From Hydrolagus colliei (taxonomy: Eukaryota), in contig CM068742.1 in assembly GCA_035084275.1 (NCBI GenBank), positions 124,000,001 through 124,064,000 of the forward strand: a stretch of DNA of 64,000 bases, given 5' to 3'. How positions within the stretch are numbered: position 1 is the first letter of the stretch; each line of letters begins with the position of its first letter. Of the stretch, positions 1 through 12,320 are shown in pieces. The position numbers and the translations under genes are program-made. Below the pieces are notes generated by a model. That model worked only from the letters and a program-made list of their open reading frames with translations, was not told where the DNA came from and searched no databases.

Positions 1-1009
1 TGAATTAGGTAAGCAGGATGTGTTTCTCCAATGAAAAGTGGGTAAAATCGTTACAGCAATCTATCAGTGTCGATTTCCATGTGTAGGTGGGTGCATTGAA
101 ATCTCAGCTTGGTTTGCATACTATTAACCATGGCGATGGGTTTCCACATGTGTCAGCCACTCGGCTGACCCCTAAAAATCTAGTTTAAATGACTCCCAAT
201 TGCTGCATTTTTGTTTTCTTACTGCTAGCTTTTGTGTAAATCATCTTTTCCATCCATGTTCCTTTTATTTGAATTTATCTGACGGTTATTTACCAATTCA
301 TTTATGTTCTGCATAATCATTTAAATCAATTTTGCTGATTCAGTAACAACTTTTAAGAGAGTAGATAATTATTTGGGGAGGACAAGTTTGCAGGGCTATA
401 GAGAGTGGGGGAGTAGGATTTTCAAAGAGCCAGCGCATATGTAATAGCAGAATGGCCTCCGGTGCGCTATAATTCTGTGTTCCTGCTCATTCTTTGTAAC
501 CGTCTCTAGATAACACTGGAAGCAAACCAGAGATTATCGCCTTCAGTTGCTGTTATTCATGGACTTTGCCCAAAACCTGCTCACAAGTGCATGTATTCAA
601 GAATTTAAACAGAAGCACTTTTGAATATTAATTTAAACAGTCTGCTCAGAAATGCTCGCAGCAAAATTTCACATATCTTCTGATTGAACAAACTATCTGC
701 TACAAAAGTGTCATTATCTGGAAAGATGTCCCTTTATGGGCAGAGATTCAGCTGCAGAGTTTACCATCATCTTTTGAGCTTGGGTCGCTGGAGCATGCAA
801 TAGGCAATGGGAAATGTCCAATTTGCCACTGGCGCATAACTATTTCTCTAAATTTTTGTATGTTCTTGCATCAGATTTTGGAGACGTGTATCCCCAAAGC
901 AAAATCTTCTGGTTTGTAAGTGGCTAATATTGAAAAACAAATGGTATTTTAAATTTTTGTTTATTGCATAGTAATTATTAGATACGCTATGGCAAAAAAT
1001 TCATGTGAA

Positions 1010-2052
1010 CAATAACAACAAATTTCCATTTGCATAACACCTTTTTGCATCGGAAGAACGGCCCAAGACGCTGGAATAAGTGTTTCGGACCCGAGCCGGG
1101 GGTTGGAATTGAGGAAGGTGGAAGGCAGGGGTGGAAAGGAGGGTGATCAAAGGCATGGTAGAAGCAGAGGGTCTTGAGACTGGTCTTGAAGCAGGCAAGA
1201 GAAGAATATGGCAAAGGGACTGTCGCATGAAGTTCCAGAGGGTTGGGGCAGAGTGGCTGAAGGTCTGCTTGCCAATGTTATGGTGGCAAGGGATGGGATG
1301 TGCAGGAGGCTGGAACCTGCTGAGCAAAGAGAGCAGGCAGGTTGGTAGGAGGTTAGGACGTCACAGAGGTAGGTCAGGCAAGGATGACGGTGATAGGCTC
1401 ACGGAGCCTGGTATAAGAGAGGACACAGTCGGCAGATTTCTGGATGATATCCACAACCCTACCTCCCCCATTCTCACTGACTCCATTGGCACCCCATCAA
1501 CCATAGGAGTCAATTCAAGATCCCGGTCCTCACCTTCAAAGCCGTCCATGGCCTTGCCCCACCCTACCTCTACAACCTCCTAACCCCTACCAACCTGCCC
1601 ACCCCCTCCACCAAGCAGGCTGCTCCATTTCCCCGACCTACCCACCCCACCATCGACAGGCGAGCTTTCAGCCAGTCTTGTCCTAAGCTCTGGAATTCCA
1701 TCCCGCCATCCCTCTGCCTTGCTCCCTCCCTAGCCTCCTTCAAATCCCGCCTCAAGACCCTTCTCTTCAACGGTCCCATCAGTCGCCCCAAATCCCCCCC
1801 TTTCCCTCCGTCGTCCCCAATCCTTCAAAGGATAGATTTCAAAATCCTTGTCCTCATTTTCAAGGTCCTCCATGACCTTGCCCTCTCTGATCTGCTGACC
1901 CCCTATCAACCTGTCCTCTCCCTATGTTCAGCAGGCACCGGCCTGCTCCATGTCTCCCGCCTGACCCACCCTACCATCGGCAGCTGGGCTTTCAGCCTCT
2001 CTGCTCCCTCCACTCTTTGGAATTCTATCCCACAATCCCATTGTCTTGCTCC
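1010..2052. mobile_element. L2-clade LINE 3' fragments (- at ~1010-1450; + at ~1455-1800 and ~1820-2052; the last continues at 4283-4480)
   Basis: Decayed end-of-ORF2 motifs (PIL..LHW.P, FKILVL.FKA, PT.G.RAFS, LWNS.P, FKSRLKT.LF) and (TTG)n tails. Confidence 0.8.
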
Positions 2053-4277
2053 TGTTGCATATTGCTTTAAGGACATAAATGGCAATTGAATATGGATGAT
2101 TCAAGTATAATGGGATTCTGGGAAGAGTGACTTGCAGATTTGAAAGAGAGATTTTGAAAGAGGTTGATTTGTATAGTTTGAATTAAATAACTGAGTGGAT
2201 CTACATTGTGCTTTGTGGATTAAATCATGTTACATGCTGTCTGAAAACTGAACCTGGTATGAAATTGACTATGAGAGGGAATGTGGATTGAAAAGTAAAA
2301 TGCAGAGAGAAGCAGAATTAAGTGCCGTACCAAGGTATGTACAGATACCAAGACCATTGAAGTTGTTTGGAAGTTTAAGGGGCACAATTGGTAACGGTTT
2401 TGAAGGGACGTTAAAATTTTTGAACTAGCAGCAAACATAATGAAACTACCACAGGAACAGCAGTCTGCGATATTGTTGAATGTAGCAGGTGAGGAAGCAA
2501 GTGAATATTTTGCAACCCTAGCAAAAGAGGTGGACGTGCCAATGAATGAGAGAAAGATGTTGTGGAAAATATAATGTGATAATTGAACAATTTAATAAAG
2601 CAGGGACCCACAGAATTACTTAATCAATACTGTGTGGTACTGAGATCTATAAATAAAAATTGCAACTAAGGAACATTGAGAGTCAAAATGATACATGATC
2701 AGATTTTAGATGGTACAAATAATACTAAATGAAGAGGAAAGCTTTTGAAAAATGGGGACCTGACATTAGAATTGGCATTGAGATAATAAGGATTGAAGAG
2801 GTGACAACAAATAAATATGAGAGAGATGGAGAGGGAAACAGGAATGGAAATAGATGAGCTAGCCAAAAGGCTGAGTTGGAATGATGCAGATGAAGAGAAT
2901 AGAGTGCGGAGAAAATACAGGCCAAGAGGGAGACTACACAGAATGGACCAATGTGAATTAGAACATCATATGAGATGTCCTGTAGAAGGAAAAAAAATGC
3001 TATCATAACAAAAGATGTGGGCATCATGCAAGATTATGCAGGAATAGACAACAACATGTAGAGAGATAAAGAATGTATAAAACACAGGAGCAAAGTGAAT
3101 CAGAAAGAAGTGCATACCAGAGGTCATATAACCTGAGAACGAGAATAGGGAAAATTAAATCAGGGGAGTATGAAACGATCAATAACTCAGCTACAGAATC
3201 CAGTGAAAGTGGGCAAGCAGATGAGTTACAACATTGAAACAGTGGAACTCCTAAAGAGTGTCCACACAAAAGAAAAATAAGTGGATGGTATCTTTATGGT
3301 GTGTAAAAACAATAGTAAAGAATGTAATTCAGTGCAAATTAGATACAGGACACGGTTCAGTGTAATGGCATGGGAAGAATATATAACATTGGGAGAACCA
3401 AATATGGGAAAAATAGAGAAAGCAAAAGGTATATAACAAAGAAAAATTTAAACAGTGGGCGGAGTAGAGATAATAGTGCAATACAAAGAGAGACAATATA
3501 GAATAATATAGAATAACATTCTACATTTATAAAACATTTATAACATTCTACATTTATATTTATAAAATTTATAAAATTAAACGATGATACATTATTAGGA
3601 TTGGAAGATATGATAAAAATGGGAATGTTGAAAAGAATTGTGAATGTGAAAATAGAGGAAAGTGAACCAAGGGACACAGAGGAAATAATAGGACAATATA
3701 AACAGGTGTTCGAAAAGAAAGGATTAACAAAAGAAAAAAATGAGATCACAGGTACAGACACAAAGAAATTGGAAGAAATAAGGGAGAGGGACAGAGAAGA
3801 AAAAAAGCTCTCAAGGAAGAGAAGCCTTATGGTTTCGGAGGAAAAACCTAAAAATGGAAGGCTGGATCAAAGGAAAAAATTGGGAGTAGATCAGAACCCC
3901 AGATCCTATTGGATTAAAGATGAAAAAGGAAAGATATATAGACAAACATTATGGGTGATCAATCAAAGAACAATAAAGAAATAACAAGAGATAAAGGAAA
4001 AGCAGAAACTGTGCGAAGAACCAGCTGCAGAAGAGAATTAAAAAGACCACAAAGAATGATAGAGGAAGATTGAAAAAAAGAAAAACTAAAAGAAGGAAAA
4101 TGTTGCATATTTTTCAAGGACGTAAATGGCAATTGAATATGGATGGTGCAAGTATAAAAGGTGAGTGAAGAGTGACTTGCGGATTTAAAGAGAGATTTGG
4201 AAGAGTTTAATTTATAAAGTTTTAATTAAAGGACTGAGTGAATCTACATTGTGTTTTGTGGATTAAATAACATTACG
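2053..4277 (+). mobile_element. Non-autonomous, internally deleted Gypsy-type LTR retrotransposon
   Basis: Direct ~180-bp LTRs at 2053-2234 (TGTTGCA...TACA) and 4101-4277; 5-bp TSD GCTCC at 2048-2052 and 4278-4282; PBS-like TGCTGTCTGAAA after the 5' LTR; purine tract before the 3' LTR; decayed gag (AILLNVAGEEA; Cys/His knuckle ~2976-3042), protease KLDTG (~3336-3350) and integrase C-terminal PRSYWIK (~3898). Confidence 0.88.
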
Positions 4278-5270
4278 GCTCCCTCCCTTGCCTCCTTCAA
4301 GGTCTGTCACAAGACCCTTCTTTTCGACTGCACATTCAGCTGTGCCCCCTACCTCTGCGCCCTCACTCTTCCCAACCCTTCCACTCCCACTCCCGCATGC
4401 TCAGGTCCTGTACAGCGCCTTGGGACATCTTCCCAGTATGAACAATACTCTAGAAATGTAGTTTTTGTGGTTGTTGTTTTGTTAGCTAAATAAATTTGAA
4501 TGGTTGTTTGCTTATTTGAATCGCAAATGCACACAATTTTGGATTTTCAGGTTTGCAAATTGACCACCTGCAGTTTAATATTCAGCATTTGCTAAGAAGA
4601 TTAAGATAAATTTATTACCAACCGTTCTTGAATTGGAATATATGGAAATGGATTGAACCTTTTAACTTTCATTAAAATGTTTACTTTCATTGTTCATTAC
4701 AGAGAAATATATAGTGTCTTTAACAACCATGAAGAATAACCTTTTTGTGTTTCATCCTGACTATAATAAAATCAATACTAAATGCCTATTGTTAGGCAAT
4801 AATTAGAACTTAATGTGCTGACATGTGCTTAACATTACACTGGTGCTTATTCAGCTCTCAGGGGTATGTTTTAATACTGCAGGCCTCTGCAGTAAATGTA
4901 AAGGGACATTTAAAAAAAAATGTTAGTGTTCTCGGTGTTCCAAGGTAATTTTAATTCAGGACCTTTATCAGAGACATTGAACTCATTTCTAACAACATTT
5001 CTGAAGTTAATCTTTTACATTTGTCAACATCTTCAGATGCCAATCAAAAATTAATTCACAGTTTTTGGAAGTGTTTTGCGTAATGTGTGAGATCTTTGTC
5101 ATATCCAAGGATTACTTAACATCTTCAACTGTGGATTATATAAATGCTGATGTGGAACAGTACAGTTCCGTTATGCAAATAGCTACATATAAGGTGTTCA
5201 CAATTTCATCAGAAGCATACGTTTGCTCTCATTTTACTGCATCTAAATTTAAAAATATTTAAAATATTTA

Positions 5271-5599
5271 AAATTCTTGCATTTGATATAGCGCTTTTCA
5301 CATCTTATCGTCCCAAAGCGCTTCACAGAATATACTGTAAAGTGAATTGACTGTGTATATGTGTGGGTGAATCGCGGTAGCCGCTTACTTACAGCAGTGT
5401 CCCACAAACAGTCGTGGATTGAAATGATCAATTTTATTATTGTGTTTTTTTTGGACGGATTATTATTAGGCATGTGGAGTAAAGAAATTTGCCCAAGGTT
5501 TCGCCCTGACCTGCCTGGATTCGAACACAGGTCTCCCCAGCTGGGTCTCCCCAGCTTGACAAGACAAGTGCTCTAACCACTGAGCCACAGGAGCTCCAC
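5271..5599 (-). mobile_element. tRNA-derived Deu-domain SINE (short form)
   Basis: Minus strand: tRNA-like head with A/B boxes, TGTTTGTGGGACACTGCTGT Deu-like core, AAGCGCTTTG...AAAAGCGCTATATCAAATGCAAG tail. Confidence 0.88.
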
Positions 5600-6447
5600 A
5601 TCTATAGCAGAACACCAGCAGAGTTTAAGGATTAAAATTGCAATTTGGGTGCTCTGGTTATCACCATCAATCATTTTAGAGCAAAATTACACCCTGTCAA
5701 TATTTTGACAGGATCCTTCCCCCCACCACCCCCTCTCACACACACATCGGTCAAAATCATTATTTTGCCCCCAAAATACATTCAATTCATCTTACAATAC
5801 ACTCCGAGTGTTTGTTCATGGGATATCATCTTAACTCTGATTTATTTTTATTGCTGAGTTATATTAGCATATCATAATTAGCATTGATGATAGGTTAACA
5901 ATGGCAATAGGATTCAAGCGGCCCAAACTACCCCCAAATGTCTGTGCATTGCCCTTTGGGTTTTGATGCTGATCTCAAAACATTTAATATCAAAAGGGCC
6001 TAACCTACCAATTGAATTAAGCACAGATTTGTTGCCTAATCTCATCATATATAATTGGTGAATCATATATTTTTAACAAACTGATGAGATATTAATTTAT
6101 TGTGCATCATCCTATCTGAGTTGCATGTTTTATGGGCGTGAGGCAACACTTTTGTTAAGTGGGTAGTTTCTCAGTTTTGTTGATGCTCAGCATGGAAAAT
6201 CATCGACATATCCGAGAACAACAATTTATTTTTCTAATTTTAGTTTTGACATGTGGCCTTAAAGTTGTAATTCCATGCTGTATTGAGCTCCGATACTTTC
6301 TGTATTTTTTTGCAGTGGCAAATTCACAATGTTTGTTCAAGTTAAGAAGCCCAAATGGGTGATGAAATGGAAAAAAAAAGTTTTGAACTGTCATTCTGGG
6401 AAACTGATTTCTGGGATGAATTATTTACCCATGTTGAATCCGATATT

Positions 6448-6906
6448 TGTGTAGTATTATTTCTCTATCTATTAGAAAACAACACTTCAAACAGATAATT
6501 AGAATGTGCTTTATTAATACGATACTAGTAAAGGAGAGGAGAATATGCATCTCTCAATGGGAGTCGCTCTTGTCCTCTGAGTTTGGAACAGTCCAACTCC
6601 TCCTTTTATACACTTAAAACAATACACCATGTATTATTTAATTACAGAGGGAATGGACAGAAATGAATGCTATCTTGATACACGTAATTACTTATCAAAG
6701 TCACATGGAGATAGGTATAGCAGCTGGCGTCAGTGGTACCACCCGGCTCAAGGACGCCTGTCTGTTCCCGTGAGAAATGAGTGTTGACCAGACCTTCTTT
6801 GAATACCAAGATACTGAGAGTTCTTTTAGTTCAATTATCACAATATTAGTTCTAATTATAATATAGTTTGATCACACATGGGTATATGTTTAATTATACT
6901 TCCACA
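6448..6906 (-). mobile_element. Probable solo LTR
   Basis: Minus strand begins TGTGGAAGTAT and ends ATACTACACA (TG...CA, imperfect inverted ends), with TATAAAAGG (~6602-6610) followed by AATAAA (~6510-6515) in LTR order; no clear TSD. Confidence 0.45.
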
Positions 6907-7534
6907 CCCAAGAGAAGAAATAAATATCTTTATCTTCTATTTGGACCATTTTCTTCGAAAAATATCACTCAAGCCTACATCTGCTTCACAGAGAACTTTT
7001 TAGACTTGACCCTGTTTCTGTGAAATGCCCCTTATACTGTTCTTCATTCCAACAGTGCAAACCTATCTATGGTATAGATTTGGTTATTATCAAAGACTTA
7101 TCATTTCAGGCATTCAACTTTCTACTCAGTCATTTTTTTTGTGAGGTGCAGGGGAGGGTGTCAGCCACATGTCTGACCAATGCAGAATCCCATCACGGTG
7201 CTTAACAGTATCCACACCAGACACAGCTTCACATTTGTTCACCACCTAAATGTGGAAATTTTGCGATGCTTGGAATGGAATGTGTACTCGCTCCCTGGAG
7301 GAAGGCAAGAGCTAGGCTTGGGGACACAACATTGTGCTTTGGAGTACTGCTAACCTGCACAGTTTCTAATTGAAAGCACTATGTCTGCCAAGATAACTGC
7401 TGATCGTTTAGGACTTTGCCTTGGATGAGTGGAAAGAGATCTTGCCCCATTTCTTTAAATTCATCAAGTTTGCAGCAATTTATTTTGCCACCTTTTCCAA
7501 TAAAAGCAACTTGGGATGATAAAAGCAACTTGAA

Positions 7535-7742
7535 ATTCTCTACTCCAAAGGGCTGTAGATGCTCAGTCCTTGAACATATTCAAGACCGAGATTGATAGAT
7601 TTCTTGTGGATAAAGGAATTAAGGGATATGGGGATAAGGCAGGTAGGTGGAGTTAGAATAGATCAGCCATGATCTTATTGAATGGCGGGTCACGCTTGAG
7701 GGGCCGAATGGTCTACTCCTGCTCCTAATTCTTATGTTCTTT
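7535..7742 (+). mobile_element. CR1 LINE 3' end
   Basis: TTCAAGACCGAGATTGATAGATTT...GGATATGGGGA...GAATGGTCTACTCCTGCTCCTAATTCTTATGTTCT; related pieces at ~345-485 (+), ~8082-8170 (-), ~35811-35955 (-), ~37255-37560 (+) and ~50530-50700 (-). Confidence 0.8.
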
Positions 7743-8258
7743 GATGTTTTGCAGTAGTTACATAGAAACAAGAATTAGATAAGGTAATAAGGACCGCTAG
7801 TGAGTGACAAGTAAATTCTTTGAAGTACTTTGTGACATCCGGAAGACATGATAAAAGTGCTATATCAAATGCAAGGATTATTATTATTATAAGTACTGTA
7901 TATATTAACATTAAGTATCTAGTAACCCGACAAGCTTGAATGATTTACAAATAATTATGAGATTTACTATTTTACAATTTATTAAAGCAGCTGTATTAAT
8001 AAAACCAGCAAGACCAGATAAAATTGGCCATTCACTTCACAGTTGTTTTTTGGATATCAGTATGCACAACTTGGCGGATGCATAGAAACAAAAACAGGAG
8101 TAGGCCATCAGCCCTTTTAGCTCCTCGAGCCTGTTCCGCCATTCTATAAGAACATGGCTGGTCTGTACCTCCAAACTCAAGGGTATACAAACCAAGTTTA
8201 TGCAACCTGTCTTAATAATTTAAGCTTTTAAACGCCGTGGTCACCAACAAAATACACA

Positions 8259-8700
8259 GTGGAGTCCTGCAGCTCAGTGGTTAGAGTACTTGCCTCGCAA
8301 GCGAGACACCTTGGTTCGATTCCCAGCAAGGTGAAACATTGGGCAAGTTTCCTTACTCCATACACTTCTGTTTACCTATCAGTAATTAGGAACCCAGTTG
8401 TAAATCAATTGTTAGATTCCTCTCCGGGGTTAATAATTCCTTAAAAAATAATAATAAACTGGTCAGTCAATCCATGACTGTTTGTGGAAAACTGCTGTGT
8501 GCAATTGGCTGCCGCATTCCACCCACAAAATATCAAATCACTTTAGAGTATATTCTGTGAAGCGCTTTGAGACGTCTCAAAGTTGTGATAGAGCACTATA
8601 TAAAATGCAAGGATTATTATAGTTACAGTATATTCTGTGAAGCCCTTTCAGATGTCTTCTCGATATGAAAGACAGATACCGTATTAAATTAAGAATTATT
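8259..8700 (+). mobile_element. tRNA-derived Deu-domain SINE (long form) with duplicated tail
   Basis: GTGGAGTCCTGCAGCTCAGTGGTTAGAG head, GGTTCGATTCC B box, Deu-like core, (TTA)n tail; second tail copy from ~8623. Confidence 0.88.
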
Positions 8701-8984
8701 AAGAATATGAGGGGAAAAATGGAACAACAACGGCAATTTGATAATCTCTTCTCCAGGCTGTACAATCTGTTCCATCATAAACTTCATTAAATCCAATTTA
8801 TCTCATCAGGAAAGCTTCTGGAAGATTTTTCTCTTATCATAGTGGTAAATCAAGCAAAACTCCAGAATATATTTCTAATTCTGTACAGTTTATTCTTGAC
8901 TGGTTGCCTTCCTCTGGACATTTTGTGTTCCAGCAGGTTAATTCCATTGTGTTATCATGTTCTTTCTGTGATTATATAATAATA

Positions 8985-9262
8985 GTAATAATACTTGCAT
9001 TTGATATAGCGCTTTTCATGTCTTTTTATATAAACGTCTCAAAGCGCTTCGCAGAATATACTGTAAAGTGAAACATGGCAGCCAATTTTTGACAATAGTG
9101 TCCCACAAACAGTCGTGGATTGAAATTATAAATTAAAAAAATGTATATTGAGGGATTATTATTCGGAGTGTAGAGTAAGGAAACTTGCCCAAGGTTTCGC
9201 CCTGCCTGGAATTGAACCATGATCTCTAAGAAGTGCTCTAACCACTGAGCTACAGGACTCCA
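8985..9262 (-). mobile_element. Same SINE family
   Basis: Reverse-complement similarity to 8259-8620. Confidence 0.85.
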
Positions 9263-9942
9263 TATGTGCAAGTTCAAAATCATAATCCTAACTGGATAGT
9301 TACCGAGTGTATTTACTGCTGTTCTTGGGAGATGATTGCCCATATGTAATATTCTGAAATCAAATACTCCATTTTACCCAGGCTTGATTGAAACCTTTTT
9401 TTTACTTCTGTGCTTTAGGCCATGTGATAAACTCAAGTTAAATCATCTCCATGTATCTAAATATTCCTTTTCTGTCAGTCTTTTAAGAATCTGGATCATG
9501 CCCCAATTATTTCTCTAATTAAATCAAATTTAGCTCTGTATCTCTCTTCATACTTCGAGTCCCAAGTAGCAGAATTTATATTTTGTCATTCTTCTCTGAA
9601 TCTTTGCAAATATAATCCATCCACATTATAATTTGCTTTACCAAAGCACAAATTTGCTTATAAAACATTTCTACTGGGGACCCTCATGATTGCATTTACA
9701 GAAAATAGGCTACAAACTGAAAAGCAGTTTGTTTTTTGGATGCTATGAAATGCTACACATATCACTCTATTGTTCCTTTTGTTCTAATGTTTTATTTTTA
9801 CATGCAGGAGTCATCACAATTTTCTGTGCTGAATTTCATTGTGAACATAGACAGTCTTACCTGCTGTATTTGATATTTCCTATTTAAGAGTTTTAATTGA
9901 TTTATTAGCAAGATTCTCACTTTGTGATCCTCTTTATTGCAG

Positions 9943-10070
9943 AAAAACTTGACCTGGAGGTTGGATTGGAATCACTGTTTGTGAAGGATTCAATGGGACG
10001 CCTCAATTCTTTGACTACTGTACTTGGCCAAGAAGTTGACCGCTTTAATGGTCTACTGGATGTTCTGAAG
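9943..10070 (+). CDS. dnah6: Dynein axonemal heavy chain 6, internal exon (first of six visible; upstream exons not found in window)
   Basis: ttgcAG acceptor and GTaaat donor; encodes (E)KLDLEVGLESLFVKDSMGRLNSLTTVLGQEVDRFNGLLDVLK, matching the recalled DNAH6 C-terminal region; ends in phase 0, compatible with the next exon. Confidence 0.93.
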
Positions 10071-11074
10071 GTAAATGATTCATCTGTCAATAACGGACTG
10101 CAAATAGTCTTGTTCTACCATTCTCTATTATATTGATATTGGTTGAAAATGAAAGACAATATTAAACTAATCTTCACCCCGCTTTAATTTCCTTAATAAA
10201 TGCCAATGTGATTTCAGTGGAAAGCTGCTTCTAAAGTGACCTGAAAGAAGATTCAATGATAGGAGTTGACTTCCAAAGGTCTGGGCTGCTTTGCCTGTTG
10301 ATATTTGGTATTCAGTATTCAGTAGAATCAAGAATATTTGCCAATCTCTGCTGTTTGTTTAAATTTGTAGTGAAACATGAGCCGACCCATTACTGTACTA
10401 AGCAAATAATACATCTGAGCCTGATGCATAGAAGTGGTCATGAGGATAGTTCCTTTGCAGTTTTCCAGTACTACTGTGTTGAATATTTGCAATGCCGAAA
10501 ATAAACATAATTAGTTCTTTATGGATAAATGGTGCCCTTTTTGCAAATGAATTCATATTTTGGGTCAAATGCTAAGTTCCACTATGTTTGTTTTCTAATT
10601 TTCCAATTAGAGATGACGCATTTTCATCTTGAATAGCTATTGTGAAGATTGAAATGCTAAGTGTTACACATAGAAAGGTTAGAACATATGAAATATTCAT
10701 AACAGCATTCACTGAATAAAATAAAATTGTAGCCAATTAACATTTTATGATGGACTGCAGGTTGAATCACGTTATCACTCTTACAAGGTTAAATCTCAAT
10801 TGTTTTACAAATCAATGTTGTTGAAGTTCAAATTTGAATCCAAATTTGATGACTGCATGAGCATATGTTATGAATTGTTTTCTTTCCTCCTGACAAAACA
10901 TTTACAAAAATTTCACATAGCAATGTCCCACAATAACTATGAAGCGATGAAGCGTTTTATCTAGAAAAAGTTAACCAGAACACTGTGAGAAATTCCCTTC
11001 TCCTTTTGAATAATAACTTGGAATCTTTCACATCCACCTCAACTGGCAGTCAGGTTTAATATCTCACCTGAAGG

Positions 11075-11797
11075 ACAACAATGACAACATCAACAAAATA
11101 ATTACACTAGTAAAGCACCTTTCACACCAGGAAGACATCCCAGGGCACTGGACAATCATTGTTTCAGACCTGAGCTGAGGATGGGGGGCTGTAGGAAAAG
11201 GGTGGGATTTGAGGTTACCGATGGGACCGTCAAAGAGGAGGGTCTTGAGCCGGGACTTGAAGGAGGTTAGGGAAGGTGCGAGGTGGAGGGCCTGCAGGAT
11301 GGAGTTCCAGAGTGGCTGAAGGCTTGCGCGCCAATGGTGGGGCAGGTAGGTTGGGGATGTGGAGCAGACCGGGGACTGCCGAGCGGAGGCGGCGGACAGG
11401 TTGGTAGGGGGTTAGGAGCTCACAGAGGTAAAGTGGGCCGAGGCCATGGAGGGCTTTGAATGTGAGGCCCAGGATCTTTAATTGAATCCTATGGGTGATG
11501 GGGAGCCAATTCAGCCGAGTAAGGATGTTGGAGTTGGGGTCACAAAGCTTGAAGCGGTAGAGGACACATCCCACAGAGTTCTGGATTATTTGCAGCCTAT
11601 GGAGGGAGGAATTGGGAAGGCTGACAAGCATTGGCATAGTCGAGCCAGGATATGATGAAGGCGTGAATGAGTGTTTCAGTGGCCTGATGGGTGAGGTAGT
11701 GGCAGAGTTGGGCAACTTTATGGAGGTGAGGGAAGGAAGAGCGGGTCATGGCTTGTATGTGGGGGAGGAAAGACAATTGAGGATCGAACAAGACACC
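11075..11797 (-). mobile_element. L2 LINE 3' fragment
   Basis: ORF track shows TLIHAFIISWLDYAN, LQIIQNS, LNWLPITHRIQLKILGLTFKALHGLGPLYLCELL (L2 RT C-terminus), frameshifted. Confidence 0.88.
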
Positions 11798-11949
11798 TAA
11801 ACTTCACTTCTATCAATGCAACACTCCCCCAACAGCCTAGCTGAAAAGGCCTGTGTCCACATTCACTGTGAACCTCATAATACACAGGAATTGCAGCAAG
11901 GCAGTACTTAAAACAATGGTAAGAAGCGAAATGACCTATTATTGGGTCA

Positions 11950-12320
11950 TTATAATAATAATTCTTACATTTGATATAGCACCTTGTCACATCTTCGAGA
12001 CATCTCAAAACGCTTCACAGAATATACTGTAAAATTAATTGACTGCATATTTGTGGACGAAACACAAGTAGCTAGTGGTGCACAGCAGTGTCCCATAAAC
12101 TCGTGGATTGAGGTGACCAGTTTTTAAGCACTTTATTATGGAATTATTACCGCTGAATAGCGATCTGCTAATCAACTAACAATAGGGTTCTTACTTGTTG
12201 CTAGTTATACTGAGGTATATGGAGTAAGGAAATATGCCCAATCTTTCACCCTACCGGGAATCGAACCCAGGTCTCTCGCTTGTGAGTTATTGCTCTAACC
12301 ACTGAGCTACAAGACTCCAC
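11950..12320 (-). mobile_element. Same SINE family (long form)
   Basis: Head ACCACTGAGCTACAAGACTCCAC at the right end, tail at the left end. Confidence 0.85.

Noticed and set aside
1010-1800. Head-to-head L2 pair as a twin-priming 5' inversion
   Set aside because: Both halves contain the same 3' LINE region and are diverged, so two independent insertions are more likely.
8259-8335. tRNA-like sequence with A and B boxes (and similar heads elsewhere)
   Set aside because: SINE heads: attached to a Deu-like core and tail, degenerate, no intact cloverleaf.
1-9942. Expected upstream dnah6 exon
   Set aside because: No dynein-like peptide with splice sites found by eye; it probably lies before the window.
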